Assembly (NCBI GenBank): GCA_934167495.1
Contig: CAKPKP010000008.1
Coordinates: 1 to 32,000 of the forward strand
Direction: 5' to 3'
DNA length: 32,000 bases
Source: an uncultured Clostridia bacterium
GTDB taxonomy: Bacteria; Bacillota; Clostridia; TANB77; CAG-508
Shown: one piece after another, positions 8,099 to 17,501 of the stretch
How the letters are laid out: each line of letters starts with the position of its first letter
How positions within the stretch are numbered: position 1 is the first letter of the stretch
The notes under the pieces: generated by a model
Databases searched by the model: none
Seen by the model: the letters and a program-made list of their open reading frames with translations, nothing else
What the model was told of the DNA's origin: nothing
Translations under genes and position numbers: made by a program

Positions 8099-9682
8099 CT
8101 ATTCAATTCCTAAATATTCATTATAAGTACATTCACGGACTATTATATTTTTACCGTCTTTTAAATCAATTACTTTGTTTGCAACTGTTTGAGTTAATTG
8201 ATGGTCATGTGATGTAAATAATATAATTTCTTTGAATTTAGCCATTCCATCATTTAATGCTGTTATACTCTCCATATCAAGATGGTTTGTTGGTTCATCA
8301 AATATTAATAAATTTGCTCCAGATAACATCATTTTAGAAAGTACACATCTTACTTTCTCTCCTCCTGACATTACATTTACTTTCTTTAAAGCTTCTTCTC
8401 CTGAAAATAACATTCTTCCTAAAAATCCTCTTACATATGTTTCATCTGGGTCTTTTGAATATTGACGTAACCAATCAACTATTGTTAAATCCTCATTAAA
8501 TAAATAATTATTGTCTTTTGGGAAATATGTTGTTGTTATTGTTGTTCCCCATTGTATTTCTCCTTCATCTGGCTCTAATTCTCCTGCAAGTATTTGGAAT
8601 AATACTGTTTTTGCAAGCTCATTATCAGATAAGAATGCAACTTTATCTCCTTTTTTTATAGTAAATGATATATTATCTAATAATTTTTCTCCATTTACTG
8701 TTTTGCTTAAATTCTTTACTTCTAAAATTTCTTTTCCAGTTTCTCTATCTGGTTTGAAATCTACATATGGATATTTTCTATTTGATGGTTTTATTTCGTC
8801 TAATTCTATTTTTTCTAAAGATTTTTTTCTTGATGTTGCTTGTTTTGATTTTGATGCGTTTGCACTAAATCTTGCAATAAATTCTTGTAATTCTTTTATT
8901 CTTTCTTCTTTCTTCTTATTTGCTTCCTTCATTTGTTTTAAAGCTAATTGGCTAGATTCATACCAGAAATCATAGTTTCCTGGGTATACTTTTATTTTTC
9001 CAAAATCAACATCTGCTATATGTGTACAAACTTTATTTAAAAAGTATCTATCGTGTGATACTACTATTACAGTATTTTCAAAATCTATTAGGAAATCTTG
9101 TAACCAATTAATAGCTTTCATGTCTAAATCGTTTGTAGGCTCGTCTAGTAATAATACATCTGGATTTCCAAATAAAGCTTGAGCTAAAAGGACTTTAACT
9201 TTATCTTTTGCTTCTATTTCTTTCATATATTTATAATGAATTGATGTATCTATTCCTAAATCATTTAATAATATTGCTGCATCTGATTCTGCATTCCATC
9301 CATCTAATTCGGCAAATCTCTCTTCTAATTTTGCAGCTTTCATACCATCTTCTTCGCTAAAATCTGGTTTTGCATAAATTTCATCTTTTTCTTTCATTAT
9401 TTTATAAAGCTCACTATTTCCCATTATAACTGTATCTAATACAGTATATTCTTCAAATGCGTAGTGGTCTTGTTTTAACATGGATAATCTTTCTCCTTTA
9501 TCCATAGTTACTTCACCTTTACTTGGTTCTATCTCTCCAGATAAAATCTTTAAGAAAGTAGATTTACCAGCACCATTTGCACCTATTAGACCATAACAAT
9601 TTCCCTTTGTAAATTTAATATTTACATCTTCAAATAATACTCTTTTCCCATATCTTAATGTAACACCTACTGAATTTATCAT
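8099..9682 (-). CDS. ABC-F family ATPase (YbiT-like, two ABC cassettes, no TM domain)
   Basis: 527 aa. Two Walker A motifs (GANGAGKST plus a degenerate second one), LSGGEK-type signatures, close in layout to E. coli YbiT. It ends 15 nt upstream of tex, so the two likely form an operon. Confidence 0.9.
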   Translation of the reverse strand: MINSVGVTLRYGKRVLFEDVNIKFTKGNCYGLIGANGAGKSTFLKILSGEIEPSKGEVTMDKGERLSMLKQDHYAFEEYTVLDTVIMGNSELYKIMKEKDEIYAKPDFSEEDGMKAAKLEERFAELDGWNAESDAAILLNDLGIDTSIHYKYMKEIEAKDKVKVLLAQALFGNPDVLLLDEPTNDLDMKAINWLQDFLIDFENTVIVVSHDRYFLNKVCTHIADVDFGKIKVYPGNYDFWYESSQLALKQMKEANKKKEERIKELQEFIARFSANASKSKQATSRKKSLEKIELDEIKPSNRKYPYVDFKPDRETGKEILEVKNLSKTVNGEKLLDNISFTIKKGDKVAFLSDNELAKTVLFQILAGELEPDEGEIQWGTTITTTYFPKDNNYLFNEDLTIVDWLRQYSKDPDETYVRGFLGRMLFSGEEALKKVNVMSGGEKVRCVLSKMMLSGANLLIFDEPTNHLDMESITALNDGMAKFKEIILFTSHDHQLTQTVANKVIDLKDGKNIIVRECTYNEYLGIE

Positions 9683-9770
9683 ATTATCTCTCCTTCAATT
9701 TAAAATTTCATTTTATTATACCTTATTTTTATTATTATATCAATACTTTGAAAAATTAATCTTAATAGGT

Positions 9771-9842
9771 GTGTCAATGGGGACGGCAGGCTGTCTAAAA
9801 TTCACGATTAAATTTTAGACAGCCTGCCGTCCCTATTGACAC
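9771..9842. repeat. 72-nt near-perfect GC-rich palindrome (32-nt arms, 1 mismatch, 8-nt loop)
   Basis: GTGTCAATGGGGACGGCAGGCTGTCTAAAATT-cacgatta-AATTTTAGACAGCCTGCCGTCCCTATTGACAC. It contrasts strongly with the AT-rich surroundings. Confidence 0.85.
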
Positions 9843-9880
9843 AAAAAGACTTACAAACAATAGAAGCTTGTAAGTCTTTT
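9841..9880 (-). terminator. Terminator of tRNA-Lys(CTT)
   Basis: AAGACTTACAA / TTGTAAGTCTT stem, with a T-run on the minus strand. Confidence 0.7.
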
Positions 9881-9883
9881 ATT

Positions 9884-9959
9884 TGGTGCGCCATAGAGGA
9901 ATCGAACCTCCGACCATTTGATTAAGAGTCAACTGCTCTACCAACTGAGCTAATGGCGC
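9884..9959 (-). tRNA. tRNA-Lys (CTT)
   Basis: Hand fold: GCGCCAT acceptor, anticodon loop CTCTTAA, TTCGATT T-loop, encoded CCA. Confidence 0.95.
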
Positions 9960-10057
9960 ATAAATTTTACGAATATTATTGTAGCACACTTTTTTATAAT
10001 TGTATAGTACTTTTTAAAATTTTTTTAAAGCTATATTTTTAGACTTAATATACATTT

Positions 10058-10081
10058 GAAGGGGCTGTAAAATGCCCCTTC
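10058..10081. terminator. GC-rich hairpin downstream of mecA (possible terminator, weak U-tract)
   Basis: GAAGGGGC-tgtaaaat-GCCCCTTC, 27 nt after the mecA stop. Confidence 0.45.
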
Positions 10082-10107
10082 ACTTTTCTTTACTTGTTCA
10101 ATTTATT

Positions 10108-10725
10108 TTAAAAATATTTTAGTCCTGTTTTTATTGCGTTTGTTTTTACTATAATTGTACCATATTCTTTTAATTTATTTTCAAATGTCTCTGCATTTCT
10201 TATACTCTTTGCAAATTCTGACATTGAAGTGCAAAAAGAATTAAACACTATTGGTTCAATTTTATTGTTTTTGAAAACTAAATAATATTTTTCATTATAT
10301 TTATATAATATATTACTTTTTATATAATCTTTTATAGTTACAAATATAGAATTATTTAAATAATTGCAAAAATCACAGAAATCTTCAAAATTCTCAAATT
10401 CAAATATAGATGTGTTGGATTTTCCTAATGTTTCTATTTTCTTTTTTATATGTAATTTTTTCTTTGTAAATTTATTTTGTTCTTGTATTCTTGTAACAGT
10501 GAAAATAAAGTTACCATTTGACATTGCCAATGCTTCTATTGCAATTCTATAATTTTCTGTTGAAAATCCTATTTCTCTTTCTGCCTCATCTAACATATCC
10601 AAAAAGAATGATTGTGTTTCTATTGGGTTAGACATAAATGAATGAAAATCAACATTTTTATTTTTTAATTCTTCAAGATTTAGTGTAATTCTTATTTTAT
10701 CTTCATTTAGTTTTTCAATTTTCAT
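10108..10725 (-). CDS. mecA: Adaptor protein MecA
   Basis: MKIEKLNEDKIRITLNLEELKNKNVDFHSF... is a typical MecA N-terminus. The start is set at ATG 10723-10725, which has SD GAGGAGG; the track start at 10746 is an upstream extension. Confidence 0.85.
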   Translation of the reverse strand: MKIEKLNEDKIRITLNLEELKNKNVDFHSFMSNPIETQSFFLDMLDEAEREIGFSTENYRIAIEALAMSNGNFIFTVTRIQEQNKFTKKKLHIKKKIETLGKSNTSIFEFENFEDFCDFCNYLNNSIFVTIKDYIKSNILYKYNEKYYLVFKNNKIEPIVFNSFCTSMSEFAKSIRNAETFENKLKEYGTIIVKTNAIKTGLKYF

Positions 10726-10939
10726 TCTACAACCTCCTCGTAACATTATATAAGTATTATACTACATTTTTTTGAATTATTAAATATTAATTTTTGGTAA
10801 TTCTATATAGTATATTTATTTTTAAAGCTTTTTGTACTTATTTTTGAATATTTTTTATTCGATTTAAACTATTAGAATAAATAATTAAGAATATTTACTA
10901 CAAAGATTATAACATTTATTTAGATTTAAAATAACACTA

Positions 10940-11014
10940 TGGTGCGACTAGAGGGACTTGAACCCCCCTCCCGGGTTTCGTAGACCCGTATACTATCCAC
11001 TATACTATAGTCGC
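10940..11014 (-). tRNA. tRNA-Arg (ACG)
   Basis: Hand fold: GCGACTA acceptor, anticodon stem CGGGT/ACCCG, loop CTACGAA, T-loop TTCAAGT, encoded CCA. The D-stem GUAU/GUAU has two G:U pairs. Confidence 0.9.
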
Positions 11015-11030
11015 ATATAGATATATTATT

Positions 11031-11059
11031 ATTATATGTTGACTTTGTTGATTTGTCAA
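11031..11059 (-). promoter_or_regulatory. Sigma-A promoter of tRNA-Arg
   Basis: On the minus strand: TTGACA, 17 nt, TATAAT. Confidence 0.55.
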
Positions 11060-11151
11060 TTATTTTTTCATTTTTCAATCATTTGCTAATTATATAATTT
11101 ATTGTACTTAATGTTTAGCAAAATTTAATTCTTATTTTTTTCAAAAAACTC

Positions 11152-11180
11152 TTGCAAACTGTAACCAAATGTGCTATATT
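11152..11180 (+). promoter_or_regulatory. Sigma-A promoter of tRNA-Pro
   Basis: TTGCAA, 17 nt, TGcTATATT (extended -10). Confidence 0.6.
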
Positions 11181-11201
11181 ATATAAGTATCAATTAACTA
11201 T

Positions 11202-11277
11202 CGAGGTGTAGCGCAGTTGGTAGCGCGCGTGGTTTGGGACCATGAGGCCGCAGGTTCGATCCCTGTCACCTCGACCA
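11202..11277 (+). tRNA. tRNA-Pro (TGG)
   Basis: Hand fold: CGAGGTG acceptor, anticodon loop TTTGGGA, TTCGATC T-loop, encoded CCA. Confidence 0.95.
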
Positions 11278-11282
11278 TATTT

Positions 11283-11312
11283 AGAAGAATTCATAAGAGT
11301 TCTTCTTTTTTT
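11283..11312 (+). terminator. Terminator after tRNA-Pro
   Basis: AGAAGAA...TTCTTCT stem followed by TTTTTT. Confidence 0.7.
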
Positions 11313-11352
11313 GCAATTTTTTGCAAAAATCCAGATGATTCATAAAAATTCA

Positions 11353-11390
11353 AAAATGCTATTTTCTAAGAAAGTTAGAAATAGCATTTT
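11353..11390. terminator. Hairpin terminator downstream of the ABC exporter gene
   Basis: AAAATGCTATTTTCTA / TAGAAATAGCATTTT stem with a 1-nt bulge and T-rich flanks on both strands. Confidence 0.55.
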
Positions 11391-11459
11391 TATTTCTTAT
11401 AAAAAATATTTAATTTTCATTTTTTTAATATTATTTCTATATTGTAATAATCTTAAAAA

Positions 11460-13193
11460 TTATACAGTTATTGCTGTTTCTTCATTTTCATATAGTTTTT
11501 GATATTCATGGCTTGTACTAATTAATTCTTTATGTGTCCCATTAGCAATGATTTTATGATTATGTAATAAAAATATATTATCTGCATCAACAATTGTACT
11601 TAATCTATGAGCTACAATAATAACAGTATGATCTTTAGATAATTCCTTCATAACATTTTTAATTTTCTCTTGGTTATTATTATCTAGTGCACTTGTTGCC
11701 TCATCTAATAATATAATCTTTGACTCTTTAATTAAAGCCCTAGCAATAGCTATTCTTTGTTTTTGTCCTCCGCTTAATATAACTCCATTTTCTCCAACTA
11801 ATGTATTATATCCATCTTTCATTGTAATTATATCATCATGTATTTGAGCTTTTTTACATACTGCCATTATTTCTTCATCAGTTGCTTTTGGTTTTGCTAA
11901 TTTAATATTATCTTTAATTGATAAATTAAAAATATATGGTGATTGTGAAACAATAGAAATGTTATTTCTAATAGTATTTTCAGATAATTCATTAATATCA
12001 ATATTATTTATAAAAATTTTTCCACTGTTTAATTTATAGTTTTTTCCTATTAATTTTAATATTGTAGATTTCCCTTCACCACTTTTACCTACAAATGCTA
12101 CCATTGTATTAGCTTTTATTTCAAAACTTAAATTTTGGAACAATTCTTTATTATTATATTGAAAATTTACATTTTGAAATTCTATATTTCCTGTTACATT
12201 TGATATTTCAATATTACCATATGAGTCTTTAGTAAATGTGTTATAATCAATAATGTCTAAAACTCTTATTGCAGATACTTTTCCATCAGCAAGTTTCTCT
12301 CTTACTTCAGATATATAATCTATTAAATTTAATACCTTATTCTTGTATAAGAATATTATTAAGAAAGAACTTACTTGTAATACATGATTTGTTATGAAAT
12401 AAACAGAAATAATTATAAACAAGAAATCTAATATATGTTGAAAAGCTTTAATATATCTATTCCAGGTTCTTCTTGTGTGTATTCTTTTTATATCATAACT
12501 TATTACATCTTTTTGTCTTATATTAATTCTATTTAATAATGTATTTTTTAAATTTAAATTTTGAACTTCTCTAATTCCTCTTATCATGTCCGTATATATT
12601 CCAACGATTTCTTCATCTTTTTGCTTATATTTAGTTTTTGCATTTTTATAATAAAATAATTTTTTAGAAGTTAAAATATATACCAGTATAACATTTAATA
12701 TTAAAAATAATCCTAAATATTTGTTAAGATACAATACATATATAATAAAACTTAAATTTAAAATAATTCCAGATAAATCATCCGTTATATAATCAAATAA
12801 TTCAGAAAGTTCTGATGTATCTTTATTTAATCTTGAAATAAATATCCCTGAATTAGTATTGTCAAAATTTTTTAATTCAAAATTAGTTAAACTTTCTATC
12901 ATATCATGCTTTAAATCAAAATTTACTTTTCCATTAAGTTTTAAAACTGCTCTTGACCATAAGTTAGTGACTATTTCTATTACAATTCTTAATACCATAA
13001 GGAAAAACGCAACTTTTAATATATTAGATTTATCAAAGTTCTCAAAATATCCTAACATTTTACCTTCGTAAATAGGAGAAAGTAATGATATTCCAGCATA
13101 GCTTAAGCTTAATATAATTACTATAATGCATAAGAATTTGTACCTATTATAATATTTAAATAATTTAATTAAACTTTTTGTATCTTTTTTCAT
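11460..13193 (-). CDS. ABC transporter, fused permease/ATP-binding half-transporter (type I exporter)
   Basis: 577 aa. N-terminal six-TM-like region, Walker A GKSGEGKST, signature LSGGQKQR, Walker B ILLDEATSALD. Confidence 0.9.
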   Translation of the reverse strand: MKKDTKSLIKLFKYYNRYKFLCIIVIILSLSYAGISLLSPIYEGKMLGYFENFDKSNILKVAFFLMVLRIVIEIVTNLWSRAVLKLNGKVNFDLKHDMIESLTNFELKNFDNTNSGIFISRLNKDTSELSELFDYITDDLSGIILNLSFIIYVLYLNKYLGLFLILNVILVYILTSKKLFYYKNAKTKYKQKDEEIVGIYTDMIRGIREVQNLNLKNTLLNRINIRQKDVISYDIKRIHTRRTWNRYIKAFQHILDFLFIIISVYFITNHVLQVSSFLIIFLYKNKVLNLIDYISEVREKLADGKVSAIRVLDIIDYNTFTKDSYGNIEISNVTGNIEFQNVNFQYNNKELFQNLSFEIKANTMVAFVGKSGEGKSTILKLIGKNYKLNSGKIFINNIDINELSENTIRNNISIVSQSPYIFNLSIKDNIKLAKPKATDEEIMAVCKKAQIHDDIITMKDGYNTLVGENGVILSGGQKQRIAIARALIKESKIILLDEATSALDNNNQEKIKNVMKELSKDHTVIIVAHRLSTIVDADNIFLLHNHKIIANGTHKELISTSHEYQKLYENEETAITV

Positions 13194-13195
13194 TT

Positions 13196-13705
13196 TTATT
13201 CTCCATTTAATAAATCCATTTTAATTAAAACATCTTCTAAACATTCTTCTTTATCAATAAATATAACATTCTTTATATTATATTCTTTTATTTTAGGATA
13301 CCATAACTCAACCTTTTCTTTAATAGATTGAGCCCAGCTTTCAGTATTTCCCCTCTCTATACATCTCTGCTTTAAAATATCTCCTGAATCTAATTTCGGA
13401 TAAGCTAAATAAAAATCAATTTTATTTTTGTTAAAATATTCTAATAAGTTCCAATGCATAGATGTTAAAACTATATCATATTTTTCTCTAGCCTCTAATA
13501 TAGCATTAATATAATTTTTAGGAAATTCATCATTTGGAATTCTTTCTTTTTTTCCCTTATTTTTTTCTATTTCTGAAAGAGTCATTTCGTTATCATACTT
13601 CCATTGATATAAACTTGATTCTAAGTCTATTATATTATCATATTTTTCTGCTAATGTTGTTTTACCTATGGCAGTAAATCCAGCTATTATAATTCCTTGC
13701 TTCAT
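13196..13705 (-). CDS. Small P-loop NTPase/kinase-like protein
   Basis: 169 aa. Walker A-like GFTAIGKTTLAEK near the N-terminus. Its stop lies 2 nt before the ABC start. Specific family not recognised. Confidence 0.6.
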   Translation of the reverse strand: MKQGIIIAGFTAIGKTTLAEKYDNIIDLESSLYQWKYDNEMTLSEIEKNKGKKERIPNDEFPKNYINAILEAREKYDIVLTSMHWNLLEYFNKNKIDFYLAYPKLDSGDILKQRCIERGNTESWAQSIKEKVELWYPKIKEYNIKNVIFIDKEECLEDVLIKMDLLNGE

Positions 13706-13740
13706 AGATACTCCTTTTTTTCTTTTTTATAAGATATATA

Positions 13741-14316
13741 TTATTTTATATTTTTATTTCTAATATAATCTCCATCAAATTCACTTTCAAGTATATCCAT
13801 ATGTAATTTATCATAATATTTTCCATTTAAAAATATTTCTTCTCTACTGCAACCTGTATCAACAAATCCACATTTTAAATAACATTTGTGTGCTCTTTCA
13901 TTTACAGAAATAAGGTCTAATCTTATACTATGCAAATTAAGATATTTAAAACCATATTCTAATAATAGTTTTATAGCCTCTGTTCCATATCCATTATCTC
14001 TAAACTCTTTATCTCCAATAAATATTCCTAATACAGCACTTCTTTCAATCCAATTAAATTTATCTAATCCTATAGTTCCAATTAGTTTGTTATTGTTTAA
14101 ATCAATAATATTAAAATTTCTACTTTCAGTATTTTTTGATGAATTCTCAAGCCATTCCTTTTCTGCCATGCTTGTTACTACTTGACTACTTCTCCCAATA
14201 AAATCAGTTACTTGAAAATCATTCATCCATTCAGTAAATTTTTCAATTTCTTCATCAGAAACTCCTTTTGGAGATAAATATATTCTGTCGCCAACTATTT
14301 TCTTAAAATATTGCAT
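13741..14316 (-). CDS. GNAT family N-acetyltransferase (RimJ/RimL-like)
   Basis: 191 aa. RDNGYGTEAIKLLLEYGF and NERAHKCYLKCGF motifs. Confidence 0.85.
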   Translation of the reverse strand: MQYFKKIVGDRIYLSPKGVSDEEIEKFTEWMNDFQVTDFIGRSSQVVTSMAEKEWLENSSKNTESRNFNIIDLNNNKLIGTIGLDKFNWIERSAVLGIFIGDKEFRDNGYGTEAIKLLLEYGFKYLNLHSIRLDLISVNERAHKCYLKCGFVDTGCSREEIFLNGKYYDKLHMDILESEFDGDYIRNKNIK

Positions 14317-14406
14317 AATTCTCTGCTCCTTTCAAATTTTAAATAATTATTGTTTTCTGTAATTATATTTTTAATAATGGTTCATTTATACTATGATTAA
14401 TCATTG

Positions 14407-14943
14407 TTATTTTTTATATCTCTTAATTTCACAATTTTTTGCTCCTATTCCTAATAGAGTTTCTCTTTGTGGTATACCTTCAAAATAACATCTTACTGGT
14501 ATGCTAACTCCTCCATGTGAGACTAATAATATTTTTTTATCACTATATTTCTGATTTAAGTCATCTAAAAAAGCATACACTCTTTTAAAAAATTTCTGAA
14601 TATTCTCTGCATTTTTGTATTTTATATTTTTATCATAACTCCAAAAATCTCCAAAATTAAATTCTTCTTTATTTACTCCCTCAAATTCTCCAAAATCTCT
14701 TTCTATAATTCTATCATCTATTATTAATTCTATTTTTTTATTTTTGTTTATTATATTAGCTGTTTGAATAGTTCTTTTTAATGGTGAGCATATTATTAAA
14801 TCTATATTTTCTTTTTCTAAAAGTCCTCTTGCATTTTCAGCTTGATTAATTCCTGTTTCATTTAATTCTATGTTTGCTAATCCTTGTACTTTTTTTTGTA
14901 CATTCCAATCTGTTTGTCCATGTCTTACAAATAAAATATCCAT
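14407..14943 (-). CDS. Histidine phosphatase family protein (phosphoglycerate-mutase-like)
   Basis: LFVRHGQTDWN catalytic motif and SHGG near the C-terminus. Confidence 0.85.
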   Translation of the reverse strand: MDILFVRHGQTDWNVQKKVQGLANIELNETGINQAENARGLLEKENIDLIICSPLKRTIQTANIINKNKKIELIIDDRIIERDFGEFEGVNKEEFNFGDFWSYDKNIKYKNAENIQKFFKRVYAFLDDLNQKYSDKKILLVSHGGVSIPVRCYFEGIPQRETLLGIGAKNCEIKRYKK

Positions 14944-15021
14944 TTTTTCTCCTTGTATTTAATTTTTTCTAGTATAACATGTACGATTTATTTTATCAAT
15001 CTTATTTTATACAACTATAAC

Positions 15022-15053
15022 AAAATAGGAGTTCAAAAAAGAACTCCTATTTT
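15022..15053 (-). terminator. Terminator after the AI-2E transporter gene
   Basis: AAAATAGGAGTTC-aaaaaa-GAACTCCTATTTT perfect stem. Confidence 0.7.
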
Positions 15054-15068
15054 ATGAATTTTATATTT

Positions 15069-16196
15069 TTAATATATATTATTTTTAGAATTTTTATATT
15101 CTATATAATCTAATAAAATTATCTTTATTATAGCAACTACTGGAACTGCTAAGAACATTCCAAGTACTCCAAAATATGCTCCTCCAACTGTTACAGAGAA
15201 TATTACTAATATTGGACTCACTTTTAATGAATTTCCTAATATTCTTGGATTTATTATATTTGCATCTATTTGTTGAATAATAATAACTACTATTGCAAGC
15301 CATATTGCTTTTGCAAATCCTCCTGTAAAAATTGTAATTAGTATAGATAATCCAACTCCTATTATAGCTCCAAAATATGGGATTATATTTAAAATTCCTA
15401 TTAAAAATCCTAATAATACTGAATATTTTACTCCCATTATTGACATTGCAATTGATGTTAATATTCCAACTAATATACCGTCTAATACTTGACTAGATAT
15501 AAATTTAAAAAATATTTCATTTGTTTTTGAACTATATTCGCTTATTAAATCACTTACTTTTTTATCGAAAATAGCTCTATTTAATTTAGAAAAGAATCTT
15601 TTTATTTCTCCTCTTTCTAATAAAATGTATACAGAAACTACTAATGTAACAAACATATCAAATAGAGTATTTGCTATTCCAAGAACTCTTTTTAAATAAT
15701 TACTTATATTTTCAGGACTTATCATTGTAGAAAAGTCTATTTTTTGTAAATTTGATATAATATTTTGTATAGCTTCTCTACTTATAAAAGATTCTTCTGG
15801 CAAATCATTAACGAAATTTATTGCACTATTATAATAATTTGGTAAATTAACTACTAATTCACTAATACTTTCATATACCGCAGGTAATACAAAATTAATT
15901 ATTATTACTAATAAAATTAAAGCTATTAAATATACTGTAAATACACTTATTCCTCTCGCATGTTTTTTAAATAATTTAAGTTTAGATTTTTTAAAGGTTC
16001 TCTCTATACTTCTTGCTGGAATATAAAATAAATATGCAATTATTATTGCCATTACAAATGGCATCATCAAATTAAATAAATTTGATATAAAATCCATTAT
16101 ATATGTAAAACTATCTAGTGTTTTATAAACAAAAATAACTGTAACTATTAAACTAAACCAATATATCCATCTTTTCCAGTTCTTCTTATTCTCCAT
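15069..16196 (-). CDS. AI-2E family transporter (PerM-like permease)
   Basis: 375 aa, multi-TM. NIIPYFGAIIG motif is typical of the family. Confidence 0.85.
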   Translation of the reverse strand: MENKKNWKRWIYWFSLIVTVIFVYKTLDSFTYIMDFISNLFNLMMPFVMAIIIAYLFYIPARSIERTFKKSKLKLFKKHARGISVFTVYLIALILLVIIINFVLPAVYESISELVVNLPNYYNSAINFVNDLPEESFISREAIQNIISNLQKIDFSTMISPENISNYLKRVLGIANTLFDMFVTLVVSVYILLERGEIKRFFSKLNRAIFDKKVSDLISEYSSKTNEIFFKFISSQVLDGILVGILTSIAMSIMGVKYSVLLGFLIGILNIIPYFGAIIGVGLSILITIFTGGFAKAIWLAIVVIIIQQIDANIINPRILGNSLKVSPILVIFSVTVGGAYFGVLGMFLAVPVVAIIKIILLDYIEYKNSKNNIY

Positions 16197-16270
16197 TTTG
16201 TTCTCCCTTCTTTATTGAATTTAAGTTACTTTTTTATTATACCATATATTTTTTATATTGGAAATATTAT

Positions 16271-16624
16271 TTATATTACTTGCTTAAAATGTTTTATTAT
16301 TGTTCCTTTTTTTGATATATATACTTCTATAACATCAAATCTTATATTAGCATTTTCACTTTTAGTTTTTACTAAATAATACATTGCTGTATTTTTTATA
16401 TGTTTAATTTTAATATTATTTACAGCTTCTATTGGTCTACCATATTTAAAATTTCTTCTAGACTTAACTTCTATAAATATAATTTCATTTTTTTCTTTTG
16501 CTATTATATCTATTTCACCATAATATGAATTGAAATTTCTTTCTAATATTTTATAATTATTTTCTTCTAAATATTTTACAGATATATCTTCTCCATATTT
16601 ACCAATTTTCTTTTTTATATACAC
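16271..16624 (-). CDS. yraN: YraN family (UPF0102) endonuclease-like protein
   Basis: 117 aa. GEIDIIAKEKNEIIFIEVKSR motif. The GTG start overlaps the dprA TAG stop by 1 nt (TAGTG). Confidence 0.85.
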   Translation of the reverse strand: MYIKKKIGKYGEDISVKYLEENNYKILERNFNSYYGEIDIIAKEKNEIIFIEVKSRRNFKYGRPIEAVNNIKIKHIKNTAMYYLVKTKSENANIRFDVIEVYISKKGTIIKHFKQVI

Positions 16625-17488
16625 TATTTTCGTATAACTCCTTTATTTGGTATTATTTCTATTACATCCTCTATTTCAAGCATTGTTAATGCTATTTCTA
16701 TTTCTTTAATTGTTTTCTTACTTATTTTTGCAATTTCATTTATTGTTAATGGATTATTTTGTATGGATTTATAAATATCTGCATATTTTTCATCTATATT
16801 TTTTTCTAAAATTAATTCTCTTCTTTTTGTATTTTTAAATTCTTTAAATTCATTTAAGATATCCTTATAATTTGTAACTAATTTAGCTCCGCTTCTTTAT
16901 TAAATTATTTGTACCTACTCCGTTTTTACTTTCTAAATCTCTTGGTATACACATAACTTTTTTACCTTGTTTTACTGCAATATTTGCTGTAATACTTGTT
17001 CCGCTTCTATACATTGCTTCAATAACTAAAACCCCTAAAGAAAGTCCGCTTACTATTCTATTTCTTTTTGGAAAATTTTTAGAACATGGTTCTACATTAG
17101 GTTCATACTCACTTACAACAAGACCATTATTTTCTATAATTCTATTAAATAATTTTATATTTTCTTTAGGATATAATTTATTAAATCCACTTCCTAAAAC
17201 AGCTATTGTTTTTCCAGATACATCTAAAGTACTCATATGTGCGATTGTATCTATTCCAATTGCCATTCCACTAACAATACATATATCTCTTAAAGCAAGT
17301 TCTGTTACAATTTTTCTAGTAATGTTTTTTCCATACTCACTACAATGTCTAGATCCAATTACAGATATTGAATATTCATTTAATAAACTATAATTACCTA
17401 TTGCAAATAATTGATTTGGTGGATTTTTTATACATTTTAATTGTTCTGGATATTTTTTATCTTTTATATCTATTTTTATAAAATTCAT
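16624..17488 (-). CDS. dprA: DNA-processing protein DprA, interrupted by a +1 frameshift at CGG (complement of 16889-16891)
   Basis: Track ORF 16883..17488 ends ...GTNNLIKKRS*. The +1 frame continues GAKLVTNYKDILNEFKEFKNTKRRELILEKNIDEKYADIYKSIQNNPLTINEIAKISKKTIKEIEIALTMLEIEDVIEIIPNKGVIRK* (my translation of 16624..16890), which is the DprA C-terminal winged-helix part. Confidence 0.85.
16889..16891 (-). other. In-frame CGG at the dprA frameshift site (AAG AAG C GGA GCT AAA)
   Basis: Removing the C (complement of G16891) restores the conserved LIKKGAKLV. Confidence 0.8.
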
Positions 17489-17501
17489 TTATCACACTTT
17501 C

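Noticed and set aside
6441-8975. Multiple 60-150-aa ORFs antisense to tex and the ABC-F gene (for example 6441..6698, 6966..7280, 7704..7973, 8232..8465, 8511..8975)
   Set aside because: They are Ser/Phe/Leu-rich mirror-frame products of AT-rich coding DNA, have no SD, and are fully embedded in well-supported genes on the other strand.
11242-11502. 86-aa plus-strand ORF
   Set aside because: It starts inside tRNA-Pro, runs through its terminator and the ABC terminator, has no SD, and is low-complexity. It is a spurious ORF.
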